NCBI GenBank assembly: GCA_004431415.1
Contig: QPMI01000563.1
Span: 124,001 to 188,000 of the forward strand
DNA length: 64,000 nt
Direction: 5' to 3'
Source: Cyanophora paradoxa CCMP329
Taxonomy: Eukaryota > Plantae > Glaucophyta
How positions within the stretch are numbered: position 1 is the stretch's first letter; each line of letters begins with the position of its first letter. Below are positions 1 through 10,994 of the stretch, in pieces. A program made the position numbers and the translations under genes. The notes below the pieces were generated by a model, which worked only from the letters and a program-made list of their open reading frames with translations, was not told the DNA's origin and searched no databases.

Positions 1-546
1 CGACGCCGCGCCCGTAAACGTTTCCGCTGCCATGCATGCGCATATGCATGCCAGGCTGTACATGTGCCGCATCCACAACTTGCGCATGCGCGTATCCTGC
101 TCAGCGGCTGAGCGGCCGCAGCACAGCGCTTAGCGCTAGCGCTAGCGGCTATGAGCTAGCGCGCGCGCGCGCTAGCTATAGCCATAGCCATCGATCCGAT
201 GATCCGATGATCGATCCCGGCCCCGGCCGCGCGCGCGCGGGCCGGGATTCGGCCCCGTTGCAGTCGGCGTCCCATATATACTTGCGCAGATGTCGATCTA
301 GATCTAGACCTGCGCTCTGGGCATGGCCCCGCACAGGGGCATCGGATTCTCGCGATTCGTTCAAGTTCTGCAACAATATTCAATTGCGAGCTGAATCGAG
401 CATGGGTCGCTACTTCTTGCGGGCGCCGGCCTTGCCCTTGGGCCCCGCTGCGCCGTTGGAGCCGGCCTGGAGCTGGGCCAGCTCCTTTTCCAGGGAGTGG
501 ATGTCCAGGGGAGCTGTCAGACCCTGGGCCCTGGCCTGCAGGAATA

Positions 547-2308
547 TTACCCAGGCGGTCCGGTCCCAAGCTCGAGCCGGCCACTGAATGCCAGCGCTGG
601 CGCACCCAGGCAGCGCGGTACTGGAGGTAGGCGGCGCGCGCCCGCGGGTTGAGGGGCCGCTCGGCCCGCAGCGACGGCGGCAGCTGCTGCGGGAGGACCG
701 CGTCCACCGCCCGAAGGAGCCGCGCGCTCCCCACCAACGCCGTCATCGCTGCGGGGCGGGGGATCAAATCTAGTTGGCTTGGAGGCGCAACGCGGCGGAC
801 TCGAACCTGGGACGAAGAGGTCCTTGTCGGCGTTCGGGGAGGGGAGCCAGGCCTCGGGCCACTCGAGGAGGACGCGCACCCCCTCCGGGAGGTACCCCAC
901 GGCGTCGAGGAAGGCGCCTGCGCGGGTCGCCGGGTCGCCGCCGACTCGCCGGGCCTCCGGAGGGAGCAGGGGGGAGCGGGCGCACGGGGGGAGATGGCCC
1001 GGAAGCTGCAGGGGTGCACGACGACGTCGCCGAACTCGGACTCCGTCCGCCCGAAGCAGACCCGCCGCAGCGTGCGCGCGTGCGCGCCCTCTGATGCGCT
1101 TCGGCGAGGGGCAGAAAGGGCCCCCGAGGGGGGGAAGCGCACCGAACAGCCACCGCAGCGCGCCGGGGCCCACCTCGCAGCGCTGCAGCTCGACGCTGCG
1201 AAGGAAGGGGCGCGGTTGGGCGAGGAGGGCGGGGGCGGGGGGCGGCGGGGCGCGCCTCTGGAGGCCGCGGGGGAGGCCCCCGGGCCAGGCCTCCGGGAGG
1301 GTGCAGCAGTAGAGGACGAGGTCCGCGGGGCCGTCGGCCTCGTCGAACTCGGCGGGGCGGAGGACGTCCCCGAGCGCCTCCGCCATGCCGGGCGCCGCCA
1401 GGTCGCAGAATGAGAGCTCGGCGCGGCGGCAGCGGAGCCCCGCCGCCGCGAGCTGCGGGAGGGAGCCGGCCTCGCTCCACAGGGAGAGCCCGTAGAAGCG
1501 CTTCAGCTCCGGCGCCGCCGCGCGCAGCTCCGTCGCGCTCGAGTCCACCAGCTTCGCCCCGAGGTACCGCAGCGACGGCGCGACGAGGCCCTGCGAGGCG
1601 GCGGCGGCGGCGGCGGCGGCCCGGGCACGTTAGGCGCCGCGGAGCCTCGCGAAGAGATTGGACGCGACGGCGCGCGGCGGCGTACCGTGTGGACGTGGTC
1701 GATGTGCATTGTCCAGCCGCGGACGCGCAGCTCGCGGAGCGAGGGAGCGTGCTCGCCGAGTCGGAGGGTCGTCACGGCCTTCTCCAGGGGATCGCTGCAG
1801 AGCTCGAAGCTGTGCGGGACGATCTCCAGCGCTGATAGAGGAGACGGGAGCACCGGGCCCAGCGGACCGAGCTCCCACGACGGCCGTGGGCCGTCGGCGC
1901 GGCTTCTCTTCGGCGCGGCTGAGAGGTTTAGAACCAGCCGCTGGACGGCGGCGAACGCGGGCTTGCGAAGCGCTTCGGCTGCTTCTTCCACAGTGAGAAC
2001 GACGGGCCGAGGCCCGCCGGCCGCTGCGTGCGCGACGGCCTTGCGCTGCTTCGACACATCGAGCTCCTGTTCGGAAGTCGGCAGGACGCTGCGCTAGCGC
2101 GGCCGGTCATTCCGGCTCCCGCAAGCCGGTACAGCACGCGTACGTACTGGAGTCGCTGGTGCTTCGAGGGGGGCAGCTGGCTTGCTGCGTCTCTCCAGCG
2201 CCGGCAAACCCGGCCGACCGCGACGAGCTCGGACACCTGAGGATCGCCGGCCTCGAAGATCACCCTGAGCAGTTCCGTGGGCAGCTCAGCCCAGCCCGAA
2301 GGCTGCAT
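547..2308 (-). CDS. F-box protein with LRR-like C-terminal region (multi-exon; 3' end uncertain)
   Basis: The N-terminus MQPSGWAELPTELLRVIF...LVAVGRVCRRWRDAA matches the F-box consensus. Downstream exons carry leucine-rich segments (APSLRELRVRGW, PFLRSVELQRCEV). Confidence 0.6.
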
Positions 2309-2674
2309 GAAGCCGCTTCGGCGATGACAATACGTACCCCTCTCCAAGCTGACTGACGCCGCCTGACGGCGCATCACGCAGCCTCACCACGCTGCGAATA
2401 CGTTCCATACCGCGCTGCGAATACATTCGACGCCAGCCCTCGCCCAGGCAGGCGACCCGCCAGCCGCTGAGCCGTCATCTGGCGGCGCGGCGGTTAGCTA
2501 TAGCGTTAAACGAGTGCTGGTGTGCTTCTAGTAACTTCAGATACCAACGGTGGAGCAGGCTGTCCCGACGTACGCGTTCGGTCTGGAGTCACCCGAGCAA
2601 TCAGCTTCCAGTCAACGCGGCGAGCCGAAGGCGGCCATAGGCGGTTGCTGGTATCCAGCTTACTTCGATCCTCG

Positions 2675-4812
2675 ATGTCTTCGACGGGCGAGCACGACCA
2701 GTCGACGTCTGGATACATCGCAGCTGCGCATGCAGCGGCAGCGGCAGCTGGCGCTGGCCTTCCACCGCGGCCGGCGCCGCGGCAGAACCCCTCGAAGCGC
2801 GTTGTAGAAAGAGATCCGGATGTCCACGGAGTACCATCCCCAGCACTGGCTAAATGTCAGTACGCACCACAAGCGCGGCCGGACGGGACAGGCGAGGTTG
2901 AGAAGCAACGGGAGGCGTTCCGGGCGGGCATCGGCGCCGGCAGGTATGCGCGCGGCTGCCCTCATCGATCGGGGTGCGCATGCGCGCCTTGACGGAGGAG
3001 CGGCAGCTTCGGGCAGCACGTCTTCGTCTCGTACCGCCGGAACGGAGGGGACGACCTCGCGCATCTTATCTACCGCGAGCTCCGCCGCCGCTGGTGCGCG
3101 GCGCCGGCCCTGTGCGCGTGGCCCGGCGGCCTAGATCTAGCTCGTCGACCGTGAAAGCAGCCCGCGGCCCGGCCCGGCCCGGAGGCCTAGGCCCTAAGCT
3201 TAGGCCTGCGCATGCTGGAGCTGGAGCTCCGCCATCGCTCCAATAGACTGACGCGGCCGCGCGGCCGCCGGGCGCAGCTACTCGGTCTTCCTCGACGTCA
3301 AACAGCTCGCCGCGGGCCACTTCGGCGAGGACCTGAAGAAGGCGCGCCTCGCCGGGCCCCCGCTTGCTCGAGCGCGTACGCGTGGTGCGACGACGCGCCG
3401 CGCAGGAGCTCGCCGCCTCGTGCTGCGTCGTCCTCGTCCTCACGCAGTCCGAGACCCGCGACCCCGAGGTCCGCGCCGTCCGCCGCCTGTCCCCGTCCCT
3501 GCACCGCCCCCGCCGGCTCGCTCGCGCTCACGGGCGCCTGCGAGCAGAACCCGGCGCGGGTGATACGCACGACGACGCTGGACCGGTGCAGGGACCCGAG
3601 GATGCGGGACAACGACTGGGTCCGCAAGGAGATCGTCTTCGCCCTCCAGAACGACACGGTGAGGCGCCGAGCGCGCCCCGCCGCTGCCGGAGGCCTCGGC
3701 TCGATTCTGACGGCGGGGCTGGGCGGCGCAGCCGATCATCCCCGTGCTGAAGGATTTCCGGATGCCGGACGAGTGGGGCGTGGCCGAGTACCCCGAGGAC
3801 ATGCAGGGCCTCTTCGCCTTCAACGGCGTCAAGTGGGACCACGAGGCGCGCGTCGGCGCGGCCCCGCGACCGTTCCTGCGACTGAGCGCCGGCGCAGCTG
3901 AGCAACGGGACGATGGAGCGGCTGTGCCAGTTCGTCAAGGCCGCCGTGCAGCGCAAGTGCGCGCAGTGGAAGGTGCCGCCGGAGATCTTCTACCGCCCCG
4001 ACGCCGTGCGCCCCCTCGTCTCCGGCTCGAGGCGCGGCGCTCGAGGTCGCTGATGCGGCGCGCGCGCAGACGGCGGAGGTGCTGGCGGAGGGCGCCTCGA
4101 GGGAGCTGCAGCGGGACATCGGCGAGCTCGAGGCCAGGCTCCGGGACGCGCAGAACCAGCTGCGCGACGCGCAGCGGCAGATCGCTCGGCTGCAGATGGA
4201 GCGCGACGAGGTCTGGGCCCTCTACAAGGGCGACCGCCAGCAGCGCGAGCGCGAGCTGGTGGGGCTCCGCGCCGCTCTCGGCCGGCTCACGGTTGTGCGT
4301 CTCGCTGACGCCGGCCGTCACGGGCCACGCCGCAGGCGCCACGGGGCCCGCCGGCGAGGGCAGCGACGGAGACTCCGCGCCCCTCGGAGCGCGAAGGCGA
4401 CGAGGCACCTCCTGCGGCGCCGGTGCGCTCCGCCCCCGCCCCCCCCCCCCCCGCCCTCCCCCCCCCCCCCCCCCCCTTCCAACCCCTTCCCTCCGCCCCC
4501 TCACCCCTTTCCCCCTCCCCACTGCCCAACTCCACTCCTTCCGGGCCAAGTTCTGGCCCGGCCTCCTCTCTCGTGGCCAACTCTCGTGGCCTCCCCCCCC
4601 CCCCCCCCCCCCCCTCCGCCCCCCCTTCCTTTGCGGAGGTGACGCGGAGGCAGGGTTATGTTCCCAGCTTCGCTGAGATGGACGTTGCCGAGAAGCGAGC
4701 GCTCTCGACCTCGCGATCGGGGCCGGATGCAGCCGCTACGTCGGGTTCGATCGCGAGCTCTGCAGTGAGTGGCTTTTTCGGCTTCGGAGCGGTGCGCCCC
4801 GGCCCCTCATGA
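2675..4812 (+). CDS. SARM1-like TIR-domain protein with C-terminal coiled coil (spliced; termini approximate)
   Basis: Exons joined at GT/GC-AG sites (3007-3093, 3278-3341 and the following ones) read HVFVSYRRNGGDDLAHLIYRELRRRCYSVFLDVKQLAAGHFGEDLKKELAASCCVVLVLT...LDRCRD...DWVRKEIVFALQNDTPIIPVLKDFRMP...YPEDMQGLFAFNGVKWDHE. This is colinear with the SARM1 TIR domain. A heptad-rich exon follows (ELQRDIGELEARLRDAQNQLRDAQRQIARLQMERDE). Confidence 0.8.
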
Positions 4813-5027
4813 TCATGATCAGGGCCTGAGCGGCCCCTCGGCTTCTAGATCTGCTTTCGTTCGCTCGACTGATCATGATTGGGGAGCAGGCGACCAGCAC
4901 CCCTCAGCTCGCGAGCTCCCCGGGCTTCTCCCTCTTCGGGCCGCCCGCTCCCTTTTCGGAAGAGCTCAGCAAGGGAGCGGTGCGGCCCGTGGAGTGCCGT
5001 GCTCTGCGTTAACGTTCGGCCTCTCGA

Positions 5028-5790
5028 ATGACGCGGGAGCAGGCCGTCAGGGGCTTCTCCGAACTCCTGACGAGCACTCACGGATTCGGAGTGCGCGGGG
5101 AGGATGAACCGCGGCCGGCCGCGAAAGACCTCACCCCGGAGCTCGAGGGCCCGATCGTGAGCGGAGCGAGCGGAGCATCGGGGTCGGCAGCGGCAGCGGC
5201 AACGCACGCGCACGCTCAGGCGGTGCGGCAACTGTCGCTTGCCTTCCACCGCCCCCGGCCCGCCCGGCCCTCGCGATCGCGATCTCGAGGGACGCCGGCG
5301 CAGGTCGACGCCGCCAGCGGGCGCGTCTTCATGGAGGGCGTCCTGGAGGAGCTGCAGGAGGAGATCAAGCGCGCGGAGATCATCTCGAGGTTCAGGCGCA
5401 AGAGCGCGCCCAGCGTCTGCGCAGCGGCCGCCGCGCCCCCGGGCGTCCGAGCAGCGCCGGTGCGCGACCCGCATGCATATGCGTAGTCCGACGCTGAAAC
5501 GAAACGGCGCGGGCGTGCGACCCTTGACTCTTCTGCAGGGCGTCAAGTGTGCAGGTATGCGGGCCGAGCTCGAGAGGGCTCTCGAGCGAGCGGATCGGCG
5601 CCGGCGCGAGGCGCGTTGCGGGCAAGGAAGAGTTGCGAAGGGCGGTCCTGCTGCCTTCGAATTCAACGCTCTCGCCCAGCCCAACGCTCTCTGGTGCGCC
5701 CCCGCGCCGCTGCCCGGGCCCCCCCTCCATTGCGAGCGCGCTCGCGATCGGTCGTTCTCCGCATGCGCATGCGCTTCGAATTCTCACTGA
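5028..5790 (+). CDS. Hypothetical coiled-coil-containing exons (separate small gene or 3' part of the TIR gene)
   Basis: Exon-like segments VDAASGRVFMEGVLEELQEEIKRAEIISRF and MRAELERALERADRRRRE are bounded by host-type splice sites. Confidence 0.3.
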
Positions 5791-6399
5791 CCCTCTTCGC
5801 CCGCGGTGGCAGGAGCCAGGAAAGTCTGATCTGCTGCCATGACCTTCAAAATTCGGCCCTTTAAATAGCTATCATAGAGTAGCTAAATTGTTGAAGTATG
5901 TGTCTCAAAAGTATACGCGGGGTGCGATCGCCACTTCTGATCATTTGGGGCCACGGGGGGAGGGGGGGGGGAGGGGGGGAGGAGCGATGCGGGCGGACGC
6001 GTACGCATGCTGCGTAGTATGCAGCTTGGCAGCGCTGCGCCATCTCGTGCGCATGCGACGCTGCAGGGCGCGTCAGTGGGGACCCAGCAACTTGAGCTGA
6101 GCTCGAGGGCGAGGGCGGGCGCACGCCTGGCGCGGCGGCTGTCGGGGCAGAGGGTAAGGTGCGCCTGCGGGCGCCCGAGGCCATCTCGAGGGGTACTGGG
6201 CGGCTGCGGGGAGGGGACACGGGCACGGGCCTCGCCGGCGCGGCGCGCGGGTCCGGCGCCGTCGCCGCGACTAAGGGTCCGAATGGAGTGCCGGCGACTC
6301 GGAGCGTCCCTGTGGAACCCCTGCCGCTGGGCACCTCGTCGCGGTCACGGCCTCGGCATCGGAGCCGAGGGGGCCAGGAGGGGGCCCGGAGGGGGCGCG

Positions 6400-8666
6400 T
6401 CACGTCGCGCGGGGGGCCTCGGGGCGCGCGCGGCCGGCGAGCATGCGGCGGACGCTCGCCTCGGCCTCCTCCAGCTGCTCCGCGCCCATCCCGCCCCCGC
6501 CCCCGAGGTCGACGCGCACGTTCACCTCCGGGCGGAGCCCCCGCAGGACCTGCGCCCCCGGCCGTCACACCTCGTCCGCGGCGCAGCTCTCTGAGGCGTT
6601 GATAAAGAAAGCTTAAGGTTGCTGGGTCTGAGGGTTCGAAAGGCCCGAGGGGTTGCGGGGGGGCACCTGGAAGGGGCGGAGGGGGTCGGGGGCGGGGCCG
6701 TCGAGGGAGCAGGCGAGGGCGAGGCGGCGGAGGGCGGGGAGGGCGACGAGGGCGGCCGCCTCGGCCTCCTCCAGCGGCCGGTCGAGGCTCAGCTCGAGGC
6801 GCGCGAGGGCCCGCCGCGCCGCCTCGCACTCGAGGAGCGCCAGCACGTCCGCAGCGCCCGCGCAGAAGCCTGCACACGCGGGGCGGGTCAGCGGCGTCCC
6901 CGCGGGGCCCGGCCCGGCCCGGACGAGCGGGTCGGCGGGGGCACAGTTGATGTCGAGGGCGAGGCGGTGGAGGCGGGGCAGGGCGGAGAGGGCGGCGGCG
7001 AGGGCGCGGGGCACGGCGGCCTCGCGGTCGGGGTCGGCGCTGCCGGTGAACACGAGCGAGGCCTCCCGCAGGCCCCGCGCGCCCCCGAGGGCCACCACCG
7101 CCTCCGGCTCCAGCTGGTCCGGGTCCACCTGCGCGGACGTCGGCGCACCGTCCCACCCGCTCCGCGCTGGCGGGGCCGCACGCAGAGGGGCCCGAGGGAC
7201 TCGAGGCGGGGCATGCGGCCGAGCGCCGCGAAGGCCGCGTCCCCCACGATCGCCAGAGGTTGCGAGCCCGGCCCCTCCGCCTCCTCGTCCGCCGCCTGCC
7301 TCGCCGGGAACTCCCCTTCCCTGCGGGGGGCGGGGAGATCAGAGCGAGGCCGAGACGAGACGGGTTAAGAGAGTTCAAGGACGAGAGGGAGCTGAGGAGG
7401 AGGGCGGCGGGGGCGGCGCGCCTGTGGAGCCCCGCCTGGGGGAGGAACTCGAGGCTGCGGAGGGCGGGGCCGGCGGGGCCGTCGGCGAGGGCGGCGAGGG
7501 CGCCGGTGACGTCGAAGAGGCCGTTGGAGCCCGGCCAGGCGAGGCAGAGGCGCTCGAGCCCCGCCAGCGCCGCCAGCGCCGCCGCCACCTCCGCGATCTC
7601 GTCGAAGTCGGCGCTGAGGCAGAGGTCGCGCAGCAGGGGGCAGGCCCCGGCGATCGCCGCCGCGGCCCCGGGGCCGGCGCCGGGGTCGTCCGGGGGGAAG
7701 CAGAGGCAGAGGGAGCGCAGGCCGGCGAAGGGGGCGAGGGCGGCCCGCAGCTCGTCCGGCGCCGGCCAGCTGCAGGGCGACCCGCCCTCGGGCTCCGCGC
7801 ACGAGGGGCGCCGCCCGTGCCGCAGCCGCCCGCGGGTGAGGCCGACGCTGAGGCCCTCCAGGCCGCTGCGCAAGGGCGCCCGCCCGGCGGCCGCAGCGCC
7901 CGCAGCGCCCCGAGCAGGGAGGCGCGCAGGAAGCCCTCGCCGCCCTCGCCGCCGCCGCCCTCGCCGGCGAGCAGCAGCTCGACGGTGACCTCCCGAGGGC
8001 CGCCGGCGCCGCCGCTGCAGCCGCGCGCGACGGCCGCGAGGAGCCCGTGCGCCTCCTCCAGCAGCTGCTGGGCGCCATCCTTCGAATCCGGCTCCAGCTC
8101 CAGCCGAACCGCGACGCTCGCCCCGCCGCCGAGCCGCAACTTGCGCTGCTCGAAGAGGGCCGATGCTGCAGCGGCGCTCGCACCGCACACGCGATCGCTG
8201 CTCTGCTCGGGCGCCTCGCTTGCGGACGCGGCCAGCTGCCGTTGCGGCGCGCCAGGGCAGGCTTCTCGTGCAGCTCTGAGAACATCCGCTATCCCGCGCC
8301 TGGGCCTGATCCGCAGCTCGAAGGCCGCCCACTGTATCTCCTCGATCACCCGCCGCCACCGCCTGCGATACGCTACGTTCTCAGAGTGATGAAGGAGCGG
8401 CCGACGCGCTCGGCCGCACGGGGCCGGCGGATCGCGGAGCGGATATGTAGCGATGCGGACCTGCAGACGCGGCGCAGGGGCCAGCTGGCTGGCAGCCCGA
8501 GGGAATCAAACACGTTGCCCAGGAGCGCGTCTGGCAGCGCGCCGAGCGCCCCCGATGATGTCTGTGGCTCTGGATCATCGTCTTGATCGGGGCCCAGTAC
8601 AAGTGCCGCGGCGCGCTTCTCCGCATGCCCACGATTCCTCGACGACGAGCCTGCGACCTCCGGCAT
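6400..8666 (-). CDS. F-box/LRR (RNI-like) protein (multi-exon)
   Basis: F-box-like LGALPDALLGNVFDSLGLPASWPLRRVCR, followed by repeated LxxLxL motifs (FAGLRSLCL, ACPLLRDLCL, LAGLERLCL, LPRLHRLAL, LPALRRLAL). Confidence 0.7.
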
Positions 8667-9142
8667 CCCGATCCCTCCAGCTCGACACGTTCGCCTGCCC
8701 GGCGCAGGCTCAGGACGAAGCCTGTGCACCCCGGCGGCCACGTACGTCGCCGATTCGGTACGGTGACTGCCGCAATTTTGAGTAACTGCTTCGAATAGTA
8801 ACCGCTCGAGTAACCGCGCGCGTTGCGTAACCGGTATACGTACCCCAATCGAGCGCAGAGGCTGCTCGAGCCTGCAGCTGAGGATAGACGATTCGCACAG
8901 CGCTAGCTGCGTGGTATATATGTGCCCGCGGCGCTCGCAAAGCCTCCCGTCATCCCTTGCGTGCGCGCGCGCTGGTGCCGGCGCGCGCCCAAGTCAAGGT
9001 ACCGCTAGCGCTGTGCACAGACGCGTGCAGGCTCCGGAACATGGACATGTGCGTGGCGTGTTTACACTCGTGCCACGCGCACTGGCGCATGCGCATGCTA
9101 ACCATGGCGCTGCACGCGCGCGCGCGGCCCCGCGTGCGCCGC

Positions 9143-10411
9143 TCACGGCTGCAGGCGCTCCGTCCGCCACGAGCCGTCCGCCTGCTTCGTGAACTTGATC
9201 CTGCGCGCACCGAGCCCCGTCGGCGGCCGCGGGTCAGCGAGGGGGATCTCGGAGGCCGCGAGGCGGGGCCCCCGCGCGCACCGGTCGTGGAGGCGGCTGG
9301 GCCGCCCCTGCCAGAACTCGATCGCGTCCGGCACCACGCGGTAGCCGCCCCAGTGCTCCGGCCTCCTCTGCACGGGCGAAGCAGGCGCGCGCGGCTCGAG
9401 CCCCGACTCGGCGCGGGGCGGGGGGGGCGGGCGGGGCGCACGGGGCCGGTCTCCCTGTACTCCTCCTCCAGCTGCTTCAGGCGCGCCTCCAGCGCCTCCC
9501 GCGCCGCGATCGGGCGGCTCTGCTCCGACACGATCGCCCCCAGCTCTGCGGGGGGGGGGTACGCTGAGCCTGGGGTCGTGGAGGGGGGACGGGGACGGCG
9601 CACGGGAGCTGACGGGGCGACTGTAGAAGTACTCGTCGCTCTCGGCCGGCGACACGCGCTCCACGCGCCCCTCGATCCGAACCTGCGCGCCGGGTACGAG
9701 GTTTGCGAAAGGGAGGAGGAAGAGGCGGGGGGGGGGGGGGGGGGCCTCGGCACTGGGGTACCTGGCGCTCGAGCTCAGCCCACCTGCGGCGTCCCAAGAG
9801 AGCGTAAGCCCCCGCGGAATTCGAAGCCCGGAGGCTTCAAAGAGAGCAGATCAAATCGAATTCGACGCACCAGAAGACGAGGGATGCGAACGGGTTCGAA
9901 TCGAGCTCGCCGCCCTTCCGGCTGCCGTAGTTCGTGAACAGGATGAAGCCGCGCTCGTCGAACCCTGCGGCGTCGGATCGCATCCGAAACGAGCCGTTCG
10001 GAGGCGGGGCGCGGGGCGCGGGGCGGGGGGCGGGGCGGGGCGCGGGGCGGGGCGCGCCCTTCAGGAGGACCATGCGGGCGGAGGGGCGGCCCTCCGGCGT
10101 GCACGTGGCGATGGTCATCGCGTTGGGCTCCGGGCACTGAGCCTCCACCGCCATCTTGAGCCACAGCTGCCGCACGCGCCTGCACGTGAGCGGTAGCGGC
10201 GGCGCGGCGGCTGCGGCCGGCGGTCGCGCTGCCTCGCGTACGCGTGCTGCAAGTGCACCTCGAACTGCTTGAAAGGGTTCGGGTCAACTTCCGTGAGGCC
10301 ACCGAACCGGTAGTCCTTGCGGAGCGCCGCCACGTCCACTGCGCGGCGCGGGATATCGACAGCCTGCTGAACCGCTTCAGCGCTCGATTCCGCTCTTGTC
10401 CCTCCGTTCAT
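9143..10411 (-). CDS. pdxH: Pyridoxine/pyridoxamine 5'-phosphate oxidase (multi-exon)
   Basis: Exons give LRKDY..., [82 protein letters not shown] and a terminal WRTERLQP, all canonical PNPO motifs. Confidence 0.95.
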
Positions 10412-10994
10412 CGCGCGACCGATCTGCAGAACCAGCGATCGCCGTCAGCGTTCGGCGTGTGGATCGGCGAACTAGGGCAGCGAAGCGAGCGGCCGCCCAG
10501 GAGCGCCTGAGTGCAACAGTCTGTGCTCGCGGTGTGATGTTTGCACCTGGAAACAGCGCTTTCCACGAGTCGCGGGGGTCGCAGCGAGCGGGACAGCCTT
10601 CGTTGGCGCGAGGGATCGTCGGAGGGGCTCGGGACGATTAATCAGCACTTCAACCGCCCTAGGGAGCACTCTCGTGGCCGGCGGAAGTGCCGTAAGCGAG
10701 AAGCACTCCATCCAGATGGGTACACTGCTTAGCAAAAAAGTGTCGCAACCTCCAGCATCGAGCTCAATAACGGCCGACGGGTCGGGTCGCGCTGAGTTGG
10801 AGATCGCCAGAAGAGCACAGAGGAGTAGAGCTACGCCCCCCAGAGACTCAGCTCGCTCTGGCTGGCTCCCCAGCTCGCCCGAGGCGGCGCGCGTTGTGCA
10901 GGACTGCCTCGGCGCGAGCTAAGCGCGAGGCACCCTTAGCTAGCGAGCCACCCCGCCGACGAGCTCCCCAGGCGACAAAGCTAAGTTGGGCGCG

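Noticed and set aside
2740-2768. 28-bp similarity with 5225-5252 (RQLxLAFHR, J-domain-like)
   Set aside because: Too short, no HPD motif, and the second copy appears to be intronic.
4430-4630. Long poly-C tracts as a functional element
   Set aside because: Probably intronic low-complexity sequence of unreliable length; G-quadruplex potential on the minus strand is the only notable property.
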